Source of the DNA: an uncultured delta proteobacterium
Lineage (GTDB): Bacteria > Desulfobacterota > Binatia > Binatales > Binataceae
NCBI GenBank assembly: GCA_963711565.1
Contig: CAVQEQ010000004.1
Coordinates: 256,001 to 320,000 of the forward strand
Direction of reading: 5' to 3'
Length of the DNA: 64,000 nt
Position 1 is the stretch's first letter; each line of letters begins with the position of its first letter. The translations under genes and the position numbers were made by a program. The notes under the pieces are model-generated. The model saw only the letters and a list, made by a program, of their open reading frames with translations, was not told where the DNA came from and searched no databases. This document shows, piece by piece, positions 10,176-18,928 of the stretch.

Positions 10176-11024
10176 ATGGATTCCTCGCGGACGGACAGCT
10201 ACCCTTCTACCGAAGATTCTAGAGGCGACCACGCCATGGAGAGGCAAATGAGATCTGGTTCGAAACAAATCGAAAGGACAGGCGCGCGCTGGATGATGCT
10301 CGCATCGTCTCTGCTTGCGGTCATTTCGTTTGCTACCCCGGCGTTGAGCCAGGCCGGCAATCCGCAGACCCCTCCGGGCGAAAACCAGGCCGTCACCGCC
10401 GATCCCTTGTCGGGATTCAACGAGCCGATGTTCACCTTCAACCTCAAGCTCGACGACTGGGTGCTACGCCCCGTCGCCAGCGGCTACTCGTTCATCGCGC
10501 CGCAGCCCGTGCGCGAAGGCGTCGGCCGATTCTTTGACAACGCCCGCGTCATCCCGCGTTTCGCCAACAACCTGTTCCAGCTCAAGCTGGCCGAGGCCGG
10601 CACTGAAGTCGCGCGCTTCGGCATCAACACGACGATTGGGTTGGCGGGCTTTTTCGATCCGGCCGATGAGTTGTTCGGACTCGAAGAGCATCCCAACGAT
10701 TTCGGCCTCACCATTCGCTATTACAACATCCCCACAGGTCCGTACCTGATGCTGCCGTTCTTCGGACCTTCGACGATTGGCGACACTGTCGGCCTGGTGG
10801 CGGACGGTGCGATGGACCCGATCAGCTACTTCGTTCCGTGGTGGGTATCGATCACAGTCGCTACCGGCCAGCGCGCGGTTGAAGCCGTAAACTATCGCTC
10901 GCTCCACATGAACCAGTTCGAGGAAGCCGACCGCTACGCGATCGATCTCTATGGCGCCGTGCAGGACGCGTACCTGCAAACGCGCGACCACGAGGTCAAG
11001 AAGCTCCACGAGGAAGAGTGGTAA
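10176..11024 (+). CDS. mlaA: MlaA/VacJ family protein
   Basis: DPLSGFNEPMFTFN, RFGINTTIGLAGFFD, GPYLMLPFFGPST; no lipobox Cys visible; start may be ATG 10236. Confidence 0.9.
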   Translation: MDSSRTDSYPSTEDSRGDHAMERQMRSGSKQIERTGARWMMLASSLLAVISFATPALSQAGNPQTPPGENQAVTADPLSGFNEPMFTFNLKLDDWVLRPVASGYSFIAPQPVREGVGRFFDNARVIPRFANNLFQLKLAEAGTEVARFGINTTIGLAGFFDPADELFGLEEHPNDFGLTIRYYNIPTGPYLMLPFFGPSTIGDTVGLVADGAMDPISYFVPWWVSITVATGQRAVEAVNYRSLHMNQFEEADRYAIDLYGAVQDAYLQTRDHEVKKLHEEEW

Positions 11025-11059
11025 GCCGAACGTAGTACCAGTGTAATTTGCCGACCAAG

Positions 11060-11100
11060 CGCGCCGCGGAACCAAAATTCCGCGGCGCGTTTCTTTTTCT
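11060..11100 (+). terminator. Intrinsic terminator of the cofC-mla operon
   Basis: 12-bp stem cgcgccgcggaa/ttccgcggcgcg followed by tttctttttct. Confidence 0.85.
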
Positions 11101-11104
11101 GAAC

Positions 11105-11181
11105 ACTGGGTGCAGGGGTCACCCCTGCCGAAGGAAGCGTGAAACCCACCGCGGGTTTCACATTCAATCAAGTGATTTCAC
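11105..11181 (+). repeat. 77-bp two-hairpin element (family A), copy 2; overlaps the lipA stop
   Basis: actgggtgcaggggtcacccctgccgaaggaagcgtgaaacccaccgcgggtttcacattcaatcaagtgatttcac. Confidence 0.9.
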
Positions 11182-12041
11182 TGCACATGCTCCCACGCAT
11201 GATACGAACTCCTCACCAGCGGCCCCGATTCCACATGATGGAACCCCATCGCGAGCGCGACCGTCTTGATCTCCGCGAACTCCGCCGGCGGCACGTATCG
11301 CGCCACTGGAATATGCTCCGCTGACGGCCGCAGATACTGCCCGAGAGTCAGGATGTCACACTCGACAGTGCGCAAATCGCGGATCACGTCGAGGATTTCG
11401 GCGTTGGTCTCGCCCAGCCCAAGCATCACGCCTGCCTTGGTGAACATCGGCTTGCCGATCTCGCGCGCAACGTCCTTCGCATGACGGATCACGTCGAGCG
11501 AGCGCTGGTAGTTTCCGCCCGGCCGCACCGCGCGATAAAGACTCGGCACCGTTTCTATATTGTGGTTGTAAATGTCGATTGGCGATTCCACCACCGTCCT
11601 GACGCTGGCGAACGCTCCCTGAAAATCCGGCACCAGCACCTCGACCCGCGCCGGCGACGGATTCGCTTTGATCGCATGCGCCGTGGCCGCGAAATGCGCC
11701 GCGCCGCCGTCCGGCAAATCGTCGCGATCGACAGACGTGACGACTACATGCTGCAATCCCAGCCGCGCTACCGCCTCCGCGATCCGGCGCGGCTCGTCGG
11801 CATCCAGCGGCCGCACCTTGCCGTGCGCGACCGCGCAGTACGGGCAATTGCGCGTGCACACGTCGCCCATCAGCATGAAAGTGGCCGTGCGATGAGAAAA
11901 GCATTCGCCGATATTCGGGCAGCACGCCTCCTGGCAAACCGAATGCAGTTTCAGCTCGCCGAGGATCGCCTTGGTGCGAAAGTATTCGGGCGACACCGGC
12001 GCACGCACCTTAATCCAATCAGGATGCTTCCGTTCAGCCAT
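11178..12041 (-). CDS. lipA: Lipoyl synthase
   Basis: CQEACCPNIGEC and CTRNCPYC cluster motifs, RSSY. Confidence 0.97.
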   Translation of the reverse strand: MAERKHPDWIKVRAPVSPEYFRTKAILGELKLHSVCQEACCPNIGECFSHRTATFMLMGDVCTRNCPYCAVAHGKVRPLDADEPRRIAEAVARLGLQHVVVTSVDRDDLPDGGAAHFAATAHAIKANPSPARVEVLVPDFQGAFASVRTVVESPIDIYNHNIETVPSLYRAVRPGGNYQRSLDVIRHAKDVAREIGKPMFTKAGVMLGLGETNAEILDVIRDLRTVECDILTLGQYLRPSAEHIPVARYVPPAEFAEIKTVALAMGFHHVESGPLVRSSYHAWEHVQ

Positions 12042-12798
12042 CGCTTGCCATCAACTCAGGCGTCGAAGCGCCGGCTAAAATTATCTCATCGTAGTTGAAC
12101 ACGCGCGCGAAACTCTCGCGCATCGTTTCGGCAAACTCGCGCACCGACACCGCGCGATTCGTGATTTCGCACACCAACGTCATCCGGCATCCCTCGATCC
12201 CGCACGGCACGATCGAATCGAAGTAGCTGAGGTCGGTGGATACGTTCAGCGCGAACCCATGCCACGTCGTCCAGCGCCGAATCCCGATGCCGATCGACGC
12301 GATCTTCCGCCCGCCGACCCACACGCCAGTCATCTTCTCGCGCCGCCCCGCGTCGATTCCAAATTTTGCGAGCGCGTCGATCATCGCCGTCTCGAGACAC
12401 CGCAGATACTTCGTAACGTCGCGGTCGCGCCCTTCAAGCTTGAGAATCGGATAACCGATCAGTTGCCCGGGCCCGTGATACGTCACCTGCCCGCCGCGCG
12501 ACACGCGCCGAACCGGCACAGTTTTCGTGTTACTAACTATGAAGCCCTCATCCGCCCCGCGCCCAAGTGTAAACACATGTGGATGCTCCATCATCAGCAT
12601 CGTATCGCCGACCCTCCCGTCGATCCGCGCCGCAAGCATCTCGCTCTGCATCGCGAGCGCCGCGTCATAATCCAAGACGCCCAAATTCGCTACGGTAAGT
12701 GCGCCGCGCGCATCCAACTGACTCTCGCGATTGTTCCCCTTTCCCGCGAGGGCCCGAAAAAAGGGGTTAGGGGTTAGGTTCCGCTCATCCACGAGCAT
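12034..12798 (-). CDS. lipB: Octanoyltransferase
   Basis: EHPHVFTLGR, RGGQVTYHGPGQ, KIASIG, HGFALNV, PCG. The N-terminus reads through a repeat; alternative TTG start at 12717. Confidence 0.95.
   Translation of the reverse strand: MLVDERNLTPNPFFRALAGKGNNRESQLDARGALTVANLGVLDYDAALAMQSEMLAARIDGRVGDTMLMMEHPHVFTLGRGADEGFIVSNTKTVPVRRVSRGGQVTYHGPGQLIGYPILKLEGRDRDVTKYLRCLETAMIDALAKFGIDAGRREKMTGVWVGGRKIASIGIGIRRWTTWHGFALNVSTDLSYFDSIVPCGIEGCRMTLVCEITNRAVSVREFAETMRESFARVFNYDEIILAGASTPELMASDG
12733..12781 (+). repeat. Palindromic repeat family E (CCCCTT..AAGGGGTTAGGGGTTAGG) inside the lipB 5' region
   Basis: Matches the intergenic copy 37841-37880. Confidence 0.8.
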
Positions 12799-12802
12799 CG
12801 CA

Positions 12803-14215
12803 CTAGAAGTCTATCGCTTCCCCATCCGCCGCCAAAGCCGCCTGCATGATCGCCTCCGACATCGTCGGATGCGGATGCGCGGTCTTCCCAATTTCCGTCA
12901 CCGTCGTCTCGAGCGCCTTCCCAAGCACGACCTCCGAAATGATATCGGTCGCCGCGTGTCCGATTATCTGGCATCCGATCACTTCGCCGTATTGCTTGGT
13001 CGCGACGATCTTCACAAATCCCGCCGTCTCGCCAATCGCCACCGCCTTGCCCATAGCACGAAACGGAATCTTGCCGACCTTTACCTCGATTCCGCGCGCC
13101 TTCGCCTCCGCCTCGCTCAGTCCCACCGTCGCCACTTCCGGCTCGCAGTAGATACACGCCGGAATCGCGAGCAGGTCGAAGCTCGGCTCGCGTACGCCCG
13201 CCATTATTTCCACCGCCGCGATTCCCTCCGAGCTCGCCTTATGCGCCAGCAGCGGCGGCCGGATCACGTCGCCGATCGAGTAGATACTCGGCACTTTGGT
13301 CTGGAACGAATCGTTCACCTTGATAAACCCGCCGCGCTCCAGCTCGATCCCAAGTTTCTCCAGCCCGACGTTCATGCTGAGCGGCGTCCGCCCAACGGCG
13401 ACCAGCACCACCTCTGCCTCGACCGATTTTTCCCCGCCGTCGGCCGAGACCGTGACCGACCACAACTCGCCCTTGCGCGCCATCGACTTGTATCCATGCC
13501 CAAGCATTACGGTGATTCCGCGTTTGACGAACGCGCGCCGCAACTCCTCGGCGACCTCCACGTCCATGCCCGGCAGCATCTGCTTTTCCAGCTCGACGAT
13601 CGTGACCTTGGCCCCGAACGCGCTGTAGAAATATCCGAACTCGGCCCCTATCGCGCCCGCCCCGATCACGACGACGCTCGCCGGCATCTTGTCGAGCACC
13701 AGCGCCTCGTGGCTGGTAACGACGCCGTCGCCGACTTTCATCCCGGGAAACAGTTTCTCCCCAGACCCGGCCGCAATCAGAATCCTCTCGCCCTCGAGCA
13801 CGCCCACGGATGGCGCCGCCTTGCCCTCGACCTGTTTGAGGGTGACGGAATGCGGCCCGGTGATCGTCGCATCAGCCTCGAAGTAATCGATCTTGTTTTT
13901 CCGAAAAAGATAAAGCACGCCCTTGGACAGCTTCTCCGCCGCCGCCCGCGAGCGCGCAATCACTTTCGCAAAATCAAACCGAACCTCGCCAACTTCGATC
14001 CCATGCTCCTTGGAAGCCCCGCGAATCGTATCCATCGCGCCGGCGGAGCTAAGCAGCGCCTTCGACGGGATGCATCCCCAGTTGAGGCATACGCCCCCAG
14101 GCCGATCCCGCTCAATCACCGCGACGCGCATCTTCAACTGCGCCGCCCGAATCGCCGCAACATACCCGCCAGGCCCGGAACCAATCACAACAAGGTCATA
14201 CCGAGAATTTTCCAA
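12803..14215 (-). CDS. lpdA: Dihydrolipoamide dehydrogenase (E3)
   Basis: GSGPGG, GGVCLNWGCIPSK, HPHPTMSE. Confidence 0.97.
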   Translation of the reverse strand: MENSRYDLVVIGSGPGGYVAAIRAAQLKMRVAVIERDRPGGVCLNWGCIPSKALLSSAGAMDTIRGASKEHGIEVGEVRFDFAKVIARSRAAAEKLSKGVLYLFRKNKIDYFEADATITGPHSVTLKQVEGKAAPSVGVLEGERILIAAGSGEKLFPGMKVGDGVVTSHEALVLDKMPASVVVIGAGAIGAEFGYFYSAFGAKVTIVELEKQMLPGMDVEVAEELRRAFVKRGITVMLGHGYKSMARKGELWSVTVSADGGEKSVEAEVVLVAVGRTPLSMNVGLEKLGIELERGGFIKVNDSFQTKVPSIYSIGDVIRPPLLAHKASSEGIAAVEIMAGVREPSFDLLAIPACIYCEPEVATVGLSEAEAKARGIEVKVGKIPFRAMGKAVAIGETAGFVKIVATKQYGEVIGCQIIGHAATDIISEVVLGKALETTVTEIGKTAHPHPTMSEAIMQAALAADGEAIDF

Positions 14216-14331
14216 GATGAAGTCCTTCCAAATAATTTACTCATTATTGTCCGAATGTGGGTACCGAGTAAGGGCGGGCCACTATGGACCAACCGGCAAA
14301 GTTCGGTGAAGATACCACTTGAGGTTAGGTA

Positions 14332-15204
14332 ATGACCGACTTCGTAATTCGTTCCATCGAGGACGTACAAAGACTGTGGCTCAAGGTTCGGGAAGTGCCA
14401 AGTCGAACCGAGGGACGCAAGCATCACCATGAAGAGGAGTACTGCCTGGGAGTTTATCTGTCGGCCCTTGGCCGGAATGGGTTTTTGAATTACCCGTTCA
14501 CACTGAAGCGGGGTGAGTCGTCGAACCACTTCGTTCTGAAAGCGAAATCTGGCGAGGTCGTCGGGCTGCAGGTAACAAGTGCCTCCGAACCGTGGCTTCA
14601 GGGCGAAATGTCCAGCGCCATTAGAAAGTATCTGCGTGCGGAATTCACCACTCGCACTTTCGGATGGGTTGGCGACGAAGCGGAAAAGCAGTGGTGCGGT
14701 CTTATCCGCGGCGCGATTGAACTAGCGAAATTACGCCGGTTCGCGCCGGCTGCGCGTCACGATCTGCTCGTCTATGACGATACGCCGCTAGCCGCAGTCG
14801 ATCGTCGCAAGGTCATTGCCGCCCTCGATCCCTGGGTCAGAGAACTAAAATCCGATACTCCCACGCTGGGTCGAATCTCGATCATAGTTTCGCTCGACGT
14901 GCTTTTCGACGTTGGCGGACTATCCCGGATTCTGCCCTATGTTCATTGGTCCGCTCCTGATCTTGACGAGACTCCGATGCAGAGTTTTTCTGAACGAGTC
15001 GAGTTGGCGGGTAGGGTGGAAGTAGAGCGAGCCATCAGAGAGCCATCGGAAGATCGCATTCCCGCAGCGAAAAATTCAGCGCCCGCCTACTACGTCAGCA
15101 GCAACGGCCGCATCGTAAAACGAACCGCTGAAGGTCGCCGCTTTGAGGTGCGAATCAAGGAGAACGGGGGCGAAATCATAGTTCGAGAACTGCACTCCGC
15201 ATGA
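14332..15204 (+). CDS. Hypothetical protein: degenerate PD-(D/E)xK-like N-domain fused to a putative antitoxin-like C-terminal segment
   Basis: 290-aa ORF with GAGGT RBS; GESSNHFVL...GLQVT; C-terminal AYYVSSNGRIVKRTAEGRRFEV; ATGA overlap with the next gene. Confidence 0.6.
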   Translation: MTDFVIRSIEDVQRLWLKVREVPSRTEGRKHHHEEEYCLGVYLSALGRNGFLNYPFTLKRGESSNHFVLKAKSGEVVGLQVTSASEPWLQGEMSSAIRKYLRAEFTTRTFGWVGDEAEKQWCGLIRGAIELAKLRRFAPAARHDLLVYDDTPLAAVDRRKVIAALDPWVRELKSDTPTLGRISIIVSLDVLFDVGGLSRILPYVHWSAPDLDETPMQSFSERVELAGRVEVERAIREPSEDRIPAAKNSAPAYYVSSNGRIVKRTAEGRRFEVRIKENGGEIIVRELHSA

Positions 15205-15801
15205 CGCAAAGCCCCCTGGCTGTGGCTGATAGCAGGCCCGAACGGAAGCGGGAAAAGCACCTACGCTCCGAACCTAACGTCAGTAGTCGAAGAAATCGTA
15301 AGGCCGGACGAACTCGCCTACGAACTGTCCCCGGATAAGCCTGAAAGTGTCGCGCTGAAAGCTGGACGGCTGGCGATCAACCGTATCGAGAGCCTGCTCG
15401 AACAGAAGCGGAGTTCCGCCGTTGAAACGACTCTTTCCGGTCGATTCCATCTCGACGCTGCACAGCGGGCCAAATCCGGAGGCTGGAACGTCGGGATTGT
15501 CTATATCGGACTCAGCAGCCCAACGGTGGCGATGAAACGCGTGCTCCTGCGGAAGCTCAGAGGCGGTCATTACGTGCCACCGGAGGACGTTCGACGCCGC
15601 TATCGGAGGAGCCTCGCGAACTTGGCGGTCATTTCCAAGATCGCTGACAGGCTTGTGGTCCTGGATAACTCTTCTTCGCGAACGCCAATGAAACGACTGT
15701 TTGAGACAGACCGCGGACAGATCGTCTTCCGGCATCGGTCTCTGCCGAAGTGGCTGATCGGCGCCTTGAATCCAATTCTGACAAGTCAACCAAAGAGGTA
15801 G
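15201..15801 (+). pseudogene. Zeta-toxin-like / COG4185-type P-loop ATPase with +1 frame break after codon 5
   Basis: Frame from 15214 reads PWLWLIAGPNGSGKST...PDELA...ETTLSG...RGGHYVPPEDVRRRY...DNS. ATG 15201 is out of frame by one extra C in ccccc 15212-15216. Confidence 0.8.
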
Positions 15802-15996
15802 AACTCGAGCTTTATTTCAAAAGGCTCAGGGATGGACTGTTTAGCGTGAAGCTTTCGCGCCCGCCGTACTAACAATCCGGTACGGTTACCCAGGACACTC
15901 CTCAATCGCCGGCCGCGCCCGCAACTCAACTGGCGACAACCAGACCTATAGTCGCGGTACAAGCATGCCAGCTAAACTCGCCGCGAGGTTTGCAAA

Positions 15997-16479
15997 ATGA
16001 ATCCTAACGGCTTGGGCAGCTGGATCGGCGACTGGGTGTGGAGCCTGCCGTTGATCGTGCTAACCGTCGTCATCCACGTATGCGGCCTGGCGGTCATCGG
16101 CGAAAGAGTTGTCGTTGCTGTGGGCGAGTCCGTCGATCGCCGCCGCTTCATGCTCAAATTCGCCGTCGTGATGGGCGCGACCTCGTTGCTTGCCACCCTC
16201 CTGCATGCAATTGAGGGAGGCATTTGGGCGGCCGCGTACCGTTTCCTTGGCGCCCTGCCGGACAACAGGACGGCGATGCTCTATTCGATCAGTGCGATGA
16301 CGACCTATGGCCACGCGAACCTGTACCTGGAAAATCGCTGGCAATTGATGGGCGCGTTGGAGGCGCTGAACGGGGTGCTGCTCTTCGGCCTGACCACGGC
16401 GTTTCTGTTCTCGATGATCCAAACGATATGGCCGCTTCGCAGTAGAGAACTACACCGGGATAGGAGCACGATTCAATGA
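15997..16479 (+). CDS. Small ion-channel-domain (Ion_trans_2-like) membrane protein
   Basis: Several TM helices; pore-loop-like YSISAMTTYGHANL; EALNGVLLFGLTTA. Confidence 0.75.
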   Translation: MNPNGLGSWIGDWVWSLPLIVLTVVIHVCGLAVIGERVVVAVGESVDRRRFMLKFAVVMGATSLLATLLHAIEGGIWAAAYRFLGALPDNRTAMLYSISAMTTYGHANLYLENRWQLMGALEALNGVLLFGLTTAFLFSMIQTIWPLRSRELHRDRSTIQ

Positions 16480-17510
16480 GTAAGCCGATCGTCAACCTTT
16501 GTCGAATCGTGGCCGCGGCAGTATTGATGCTTTGCGTGCTGAGTCTAACCGCTCATGCGCAAGCCGCGGCTGACCCGTTGCCGTCATGGAACGAAGGACC
16601 CGCCAAAAATGCAATCATCAAATTGGTTACTGCCACTACTACAGCGGGCAGCGCAGACTTCGTCGCTCCTGGCGATCGATTTGCCACATTCGATCAGGAC
16701 GGCACCCTGTGGGTCGAGCAACCTGTCTATACGCAAGTCGTATTTTCGCTGGATCGAGTCGTCGCGCTGGCGCCGGATCATCCGGGATGGAAGACGGTTG
16801 AGCCGTTCAAGTCGGTGATCGCCGGCGATCGCGCGGCGATGGCGAAGTTCACTACCAGGGACCTCGAGAAAATCGTCTTCGCCACTCATACCGGGATGAC
16901 TACTGGCGATTACACGGCACTCGTAAAGGACTGGATCGCGAAAGCGCGCGACCCGCGCTGGCATCGACCGTTCACCGACCTGGTTTACCAACCGATGCTC
17001 GAACTGATGCGCTATCTGCGCGCCAATGGTTACAATACCTACATCGTCACCGGCGGCGGTCAGGACTTTGTCCGCGCCTACGCCGATCATACCTACGGAA
17101 TCCCGCCCGAACAAATCATAGGATCGGCGCTCGACACCGACTTCACTTACAATGATGCCGGCAAGGCGATACTCATGCGCCCGCCGAAGCTTCTGCTCAA
17201 CAACAACTTCTCTGGCAAGCCCGAAGACATCTACCTGTTTATAGGACGCCATCCCCAAGCGGCGTTCGGCAACTCAACGGGTGACCGCGAGATGCTCGAA
17301 TACACTCAGGCAGGCGGCAAAGGCGCACTCATGATGCTGGTGTTACACGACGATCCGGCGCGTGAGTACGCTTACGGCCCGGCTGAAGGATTGCCCGCGA
17401 GCAAGGTCGGCACCTTTACTCAAGCGCTCTACGACGAAGCTATGAGCAAAGGCTGGAACGTGATCAGTATGAAGAAGGACTGGAAGCGGATTTTCAGCTT
17501 CGAGAAGTAG
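16476..17510 (+). CDS. Secreted HAD-family hydrolase (nonspecific acid phosphatase-like)
   Basis: Signal peptide; DPLPSWN; FDQDGTLWVEQP; IVTGGG; FGNSTGD. Confidence 0.88.
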   Translation: MSKPIVNLCRIVAAAVLMLCVLSLTAHAQAAADPLPSWNEGPAKNAIIKLVTATTTAGSADFVAPGDRFATFDQDGTLWVEQPVYTQVVFSLDRVVALAPDHPGWKTVEPFKSVIAGDRAAMAKFTTRDLEKIVFATHTGMTTGDYTALVKDWIAKARDPRWHRPFTDLVYQPMLELMRYLRANGYNTYIVTGGGQDFVRAYADHTYGIPPEQIIGSALDTDFTYNDAGKAILMRPPKLLLNNNFSGKPEDIYLFIGRHPQAAFGNSTGDREMLEYTQAGGKGALMMLVLHDDPAREYAYGPAEGLPASKVGTFTQALYDEAMSKGWNVISMKKDWKRIFSFEK

Positions 17511-17519
17511 GGTGCTGCT

Positions 17520-18908
17520 TCAAAGCAGCAGGCTCGAGGGGTTCTCAAGGAAGCGCTTCAGTTCTTGCAGGAATCTTCCCGCTACTACGCCATCGACTAT
17601 GCGATGGTCGAACGATCCCGTCATCATCATCGTCTTGCCGACGGCTAGCTGGCCATTGCGAACTACCGGGCGATCCTTGATAGCACTTACAGCCAGAATC
17701 GCGGCTTGCGGCGGAACGATCACGGCGGCGAAGTGCTCGATGCCCAGCATTCCCATGTTAGAGATTGAAAACGTCGCGCCCGACAGCTCATCCGACGTGA
17801 AACCGCCGCGGCTCGACTTCGCGACCAGTCGATGCGCCGTGCGTGAGATCTCCAGCAGCGACAACCGCTCGCATTCGCGAATCACCGGCAGGATCAACCC
17901 CTCCTCGACCGCGACTGCCACTCCTATGTTGACGTTGGGATGAATGACGATGCCTTCGTCCTCGTAGCTCGCGTTGATCCGCGGATAGCGGCCGAGGGCG
18001 AGCGCGCACGCCTTCACGATGACATCGTTGTAGGTGATCGCCTCTTCGAACATCTCGGTCGCTTCGAGCGAGTCCTTCAAGCGCACCGCATCTTCCATCG
18101 CCACTTCGACGGTGACATAGAAATGCGGAATCTCGCGCTTCGACTGGGCCATCCGCTTGGCAATCGTCTTGCGCATCGCCGACAGTTCTTCGCGCGAACC
18201 GGGCGCGCCCTCGCGCGGCGACACCAGCCGGCGGAACTTGAAGAGTTGCTGCTCGCGGATAAAGTTGTCGATGTCGCGCTTGGTCACTCGCCCTTCGGGT
18301 CCGCTGCCGCGCACGTGAGCGATATCGACTCCCGCCTCCTCGGCCGCGCGGCGCGCAAGCGGAGACGCGCGCAGCTTGTGCCCGTCGCCCGCTTCGGAGT
18401 CAGCCGCGGGGGCCGGCGGCTCAGGCTCCGGCGGCGCGGCGATCGCGGTCGGTGCGGCACTCGGATTCGCGGACATCGCCGGATGCACGTGTAAATCGCG
18501 GGCGGAGCCGTCGGTCACGACGGCGGCCGGCGCGATCGACTTCTTCGGCGCGGCTTTCGGTTTTATCGCGATCGGCTTTGGAGGCTGCTCGGTTGCTGCG
18601 GCTTCAGCGCCCGGATCTTCCATCGCCGCGGCCGAAACCGGCTTGGCCTCGCCCTTGGCTTCCTTCGCGCCCGCCGATTTCATCAGTGCGATTACGGCGC
18701 CGACCGGCGCGCTCTCGCCCTCGTTCAGTTTGATCTGGTCGAGCACGCCTTCTTCGAACGACTCGAGCACCATGTCGGCCTTGTCGGTCTCGACTTCGGC
18801 GATCGCTTCGCCGCGCGCGATCTTGTCGCCGGGATGCTTGAGCCAGCGGAGGATCTTGCCTTCCTCCATCGTGTCCGAGAGCTTGGGCATCGTTATTTCG
18901 TTGCTCAT
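17520..18908 (-). CDS. pdhC: Pyruvate dehydrogenase E2, dihydrolipoamide acetyltransferase
   Basis: Lipoyl domain ETDKA, ASPLARR E3-binding domain, DHRIVDG. Confidence 0.95.
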   Translation of the reverse strand: MSNEITMPKLSDTMEEGKILRWLKHPGDKIARGEAIAEVETDKADMVLESFEEGVLDQIKLNEGESAPVGAVIALMKSAGAKEAKGEAKPVSAAAMEDPGAEAAATEQPPKPIAIKPKAAPKKSIAPAAVVTDGSARDLHVHPAMSANPSAAPTAIAAPPEPEPPAPAADSEAGDGHKLRASPLARRAAEEAGVDIAHVRGSGPEGRVTKRDIDNFIREQQLFKFRRLVSPREGAPGSREELSAMRKTIAKRMAQSKREIPHFYVTVEVAMEDAVRLKDSLEATEMFEEAITYNDVIVKACALALGRYPRINASYEDEGIVIHPNVNIGVAVAVEEGLILPVIRECERLSLLEISRTAHRLVAKSSRGGFTSDELSGATFSISNMGMLGIEHFAAVIVPPQAAILAVSAIKDRPVVRNGQLAVGKTMMMTGSFDHRIVDGVVAGRFLQELKRFLENPSSLLL

Positions 18909-18928
18909 GATTTCCCGCCCGATGACAT

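Noticed and set aside
12731-14332. 533-aa plus-strand ORF (similarly 19070..20989, 38628..40115, 44751..46229, 48215..50410, 51037..53043, 58306..60300)
   Set aside because: Antisense shadows of well-supported genes in a high-GC genome; no recognisable motifs.
15202-15204. Selenocysteine recoding of the in-frame TGA
   Set aside because: No evident SECIS hairpin, not a catalytic Cys-like position, and the ATGA overlap is better explained by a separate start.
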